This document shows, piece after piece, positions 60,401-64,000 of a DNA stretch of 64,000 bases (position 1 is the first letter of the stretch; each line of letters starts with the position of its first letter). Origin of the DNA: Convolutriloba macropyga (lineage: Eukaryota); the NCBI RefSeq assembly GCF_964194025.1, contig NW_027452515.1, positions 1-64,000 on the forward strand, read 5' to 3'. The translations under genes and the position numbers were made by a program. Under the pieces are notes generated by a model. The model was not told where the DNA came from, made no database searches, and saw only the letters and a program-made list of their open reading frames with translations.

Positions 60401-63400
60401 CACTCGTCTTATCTTGTCTGGTTTTTGCTTGTTGATGACGGGATGATGCGGTAGGTACCAAATGTTCTTTGCATCCTGGTTCGTAACAGCTGCTATGTAT
60501 CCCTTATCCATATCATCAAAGATAGTGGTCATATATCTCTGTTTCAGTTGGTTGTCTCTCTCTAATCGCTTCTTCAGGGCGTGCCACTGAACCCTTGCCA
60601 TGAAGTAGTTGTTGGGTAGCGTGACATTTTCTCGCCAAGGGAGTCCAATCTCATATCTTTCCCTGTTGTGGTGTGTGGTCTCTGCCAAAGTTTTTATTGC
60701 CTTCTGGTCTTCTTCATTGTGTCCCGTCGTAGAACCCTGACTAAAGTTGACACCTTCAAAGGTCCAAAAAAGATGTAGAAGATTTTCGTCCGGGTCGTCA
60801 CTACCTCGCTTGAGATGGTTGAAAAGAGTGATGTTGTGGTTGCTGCTTCCTTTATGGTTTGGTTGAAAGTACTCTTGTGGCACAGGGCCTGTCAAAGTCC
60901 ATCCTAACAGTGTGTTGACTCCGTAGGGTGTTCCTGGTTTGCCAGTAGTGAAATGTCTTGGAACAGTAGCCAGAATAGCATCAGCCCCTATGAGTATTCC
61001 AATTTTGCTGTCACAAATTTGTGGGAAATTGATTTCTGCCGGATGATCATGGTCTCAACGAAGTCTATTCAACATGTCAGCGGGGACAATTGGCATCTGG
61101 AACTGCTCAATGGAGGTTGCGTACACAGGAAGACTTGTCACCGGTTTTGAGCTGTGAAGTTAACCAATTCCAATCATGACATCAGCTGTTGCCACTGTGT
61201 GCTCCCCATGTAGCGAAGCTAGAGGAAGTTCTATATCTTTGGGGACTCTAATCTGAAGAGCATCAGCAATGTTTTGTGTGATCTGTGTATTACCACTTCC
61301 ATTCTCCAAAAGTGCATAGGTCTCTATGTTGAAGTCTTTGTAGAAGAGCGTGACTGGTATTGCCTGTAGTTGAATAAAAGCTCTGACCCATGTGGGTTCC
61401 CGATTACTGCTACAAGTATGGTTTTGCACCCGTGGAAGTTTTTAAGAATCATCATTCAGTTCGTTGCTAGTCACTGATTGAACGTGAGTGTTACTTCTGT
61501 CATTAGTTTGCTGGGGATTGATGCGCTGCTGATTGGCAGTTTGATACGAGTTGTTGTTTCCATAGCTTGGATTACGAGGGTTGAAACTGTTTTGATTGCA
61601 TCCCCTTCTGTTGTTGGTATTTGGCGTGTTACTGGTTGTTGACGAAAGCTGAGACGTTGTATGGTTGAAGTTTCTACCGTAGTTTGACTGCACCGGGTTG
61701 TTCCTGGATTGAAATCCCCCTTTACTCGTTGCTTGGAAATCACTTCTCTGCAAAGTCCTGAAGTCGTTTCGATAGGAAGTTGAATGATGAAACCCATTGC
61801 ATCTGTCTACAAGACATCGAATCTTTGATTTACAAAATCCACCCTCATGTCTCTTCAAGCAATTGACACACAAGTTGTGATGCCTCACCAATTGCTGACG
61901 GTCAGCTACAGATTTGCTCAGGTATTCTTTGCAGCGACCAAGGTTGTGATCCCCGGAGCATAGTTGACAATTTGAGCTGGCTTGGAGAACTATGTTGGAG
62001 TGTTTCTGACCTTGGGAAGGCCGTTCAACCCGGTCTGTGCTTTGTGGTCTTTGTGGAGAGACATCCTCGCAAGCCTCTGCATATGTGCTTATCCAATCTA
62101 AAAAGTCAGCCAGATTTGGCTGCTCTATTCTCATGCTCCTTACATGTTGATTCCAGCGAATCGTCATTGGTGTTGTCAACTTCTCCTTGGCAAATTTAAC
62201 TACCGCAGAAGCCTTCAGGTCCGATTCAAAATGGTGAAGTCGAAAGGTCTGTACCAAACGTCTGAGGGAGGACGCAAAACTTACAAAACTGCTGGGATCA
62301 TCCATTCTTGTCCTAGGCCATTGATCAAGTTGTGTGAGGTACGCACTCACAACATGCTGCGGCTTTCCAAACTTTCTGATAAGTTCCTTAAGGGCCTGCT
62401 CATAGAAGTCTTTGTTGTAAGAGTATCAACAGATGAAGTGTTTTGCTTTGTGAGCTACCGAGTTTTGCAAGTATGTCAATTTCTGAGCAGTTGAAAGAGC
62501 TGGATTGTCGTGAATGGTTGACTTGAAAAAGCTGTACCATTGATGCCACATCAAAGGATCGCCTGAGAAATGGTCAAGACTAATCTTTGGTAGACTGAAC
62601 GCATTCATCATCACTTGATGGTTGGTCCATTCAGAACTGTGTGGTCGTTGTTGGAACTGTTGCTCAGAAAACTGTTGTGGCATGAAATTGAAGTGACGGT
62701 TGGTCTCTCCGTTGGGAGCGTTCATCATTTTGTTTGTCTCTCGGAATGAGTGATCCATTTGACTACCGAGCAAATGACGTGACTGCTGCTGATCCCGCGG
62801 ATAGTGATTGTCTGCAAAAGTTTGAGTGAAATTGTCAGGCATTGCTTGATGTTGAAATTCGATTGCAGTACCTGAATTCCAGTACACAGTGTCTGATGGT
62901 TGATCGCTAGAAATATTTAGGGTAGCAAAACCTTGATTTGGAACATTCACATCAACAATCGGGCAACGCTGAACCTGTTTCGCATCTTCGCTGAAGCTGC
63001 GATGCTTCTGTATCGCACTGTTCTCTTTTGGTTTCTGTTGCTGAGCATTGTATTTTTCTACACTTGTTCTTTCTTTTTGAAGATCACTATGACTGTTTTT
63101 GAACGGTACACCATCATGGTCATCAGAACTGACCACCTCATCCCAGCTCTCAGCGTTTTCACCTGCATTTTGCATTGGCGTTTTACGTCTCATTCCGCTT
63201 GGTTGTTTACGTCTGCTTCCTGAAACGACCACCTTGCTGCGTATTTTGTTGGGCTCTTCCGAGGAGGTGTCGGAAGAGATGAACTTTTGATGGTTTGAAC
63301 CATGAAGCAATCTGACTTTTTGTTTGGTTCTCAGCCAATTGCAATTTCTCGGTGCAGACTCTGCAGCAACAGTGTCGAACTCTTCTTGTGTCAACTGCTG

Positions 63401-63625
63401 TTCTATGAGTTCGTTACACATGCGATCAAGCTCCGGTTTTTGCTGTCGAAGTTCGTCAACGAGCTCTTGGAGGTCTGTTGCTGCTTCTGTTTGTTGCATT
63501 TGTTCGTCGAGTAGGTCTTGTGCTGCTTCCCACTCAATGACTTTGAACTTCAAGAGTTGCATGAGTTGAGCCTTGGAGGTTGACATTGTTTTGGTTTTGC
63601 TTGACATGGTTCTGGCTTTTCTCAT
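57490..63625 (-). pseudogene. BEL/Pao gag-pol of element 2, frameshifted
   Basis: LPKISLDHFSGDPLMWHQW; CQLCSGDH, CVNCLKRH, CLVDRCNGFHH; YALLENGS; WYLPHHPV, ADIGAMF, FYMDD; FTDAS, IPKLELEAA, NPADHGTRG; GMDIFGP, SDNG, PHFGGVWE. Confidence 0.95.
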
Positions 63626-64000
63626 TGGTCAATGGTTACTTTTTTTATGGTTGCACGATGACATTCACAAAAACAAATTATTGCACTATGAGTGTTATGA
63701 GTCACTGCGCTTTTAGTTAGCACTTAAAATGTTGTTTGAACGCTTATTAATTGTTTTTTTTGTATCTAAAAATAACTTGAATGCTATTTTTACTGCTGTT
63801 GTGGACAGCTATTAATGGTTTGGTTGTCTTTTGTTTTACCAAATCTTGCTTGAATGCTGTTTTTTTTATTAAATTATATTATGCACGCTTTGCGCTTTGG
63901 GGAGGGTTTTGTCTGATCACGGTTGCAAAGAAACACCCTAACCTGGGGATGATACTGTTTTACCTTTTAGAAAATTTTGTGCCTAGAGACAAAAATTTTT

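Larger units (their letters stand above)
56277..64000 (-). mobile_element. BEL/Pao LTR retrotransposon (element 2); 5' LTR outside the window; followed by a deleted tandem unit
   Basis: gag-pol 63625-57490, LTR 57030-57492, repeated leader 56333-57029 (matches 63869-64000 where comparable) and LTR end fragment 56277-56334. Confidence 0.92.

Overview
AT-rich eukaryotic (probably invertebrate) genomic DNA dominated by three decayed LTR retrotransposons. (1) A full-length BEL/Pao element on + (11702-21958) whose 2.5-kb leader carries two hairpin-repeat arrays; one has four near-identical 39-bp repeats separated by ~120-bp diverged spacers. (2) A full-length Ty3/Gypsy element on - (42042-55767; 1.6-kb LTRs, perfect GCCAT TSD, tRNA-Arg-type PBS) carrying a class I fusion (env/F-like) gene that is tandemly triplicated, with a chimeric middle copy. 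(3) A second BEL/Pao element on - (56277 to beyond 64000) with a tandem three-LTR structure. Between them I reconstruct by eye a spliced + strand host gene with micro-exons and fibronectin type III-like repeats, probably a pseudogene; the first BEL element lies in one of its introns. The rest holds MITE-like fold-back elements, a ~170-bp satellite with dimeric structure, microsatellites and templated-insertion scars. All alignments and counts were done by eye; no database searches were run and the organism cannot be identified from this window.
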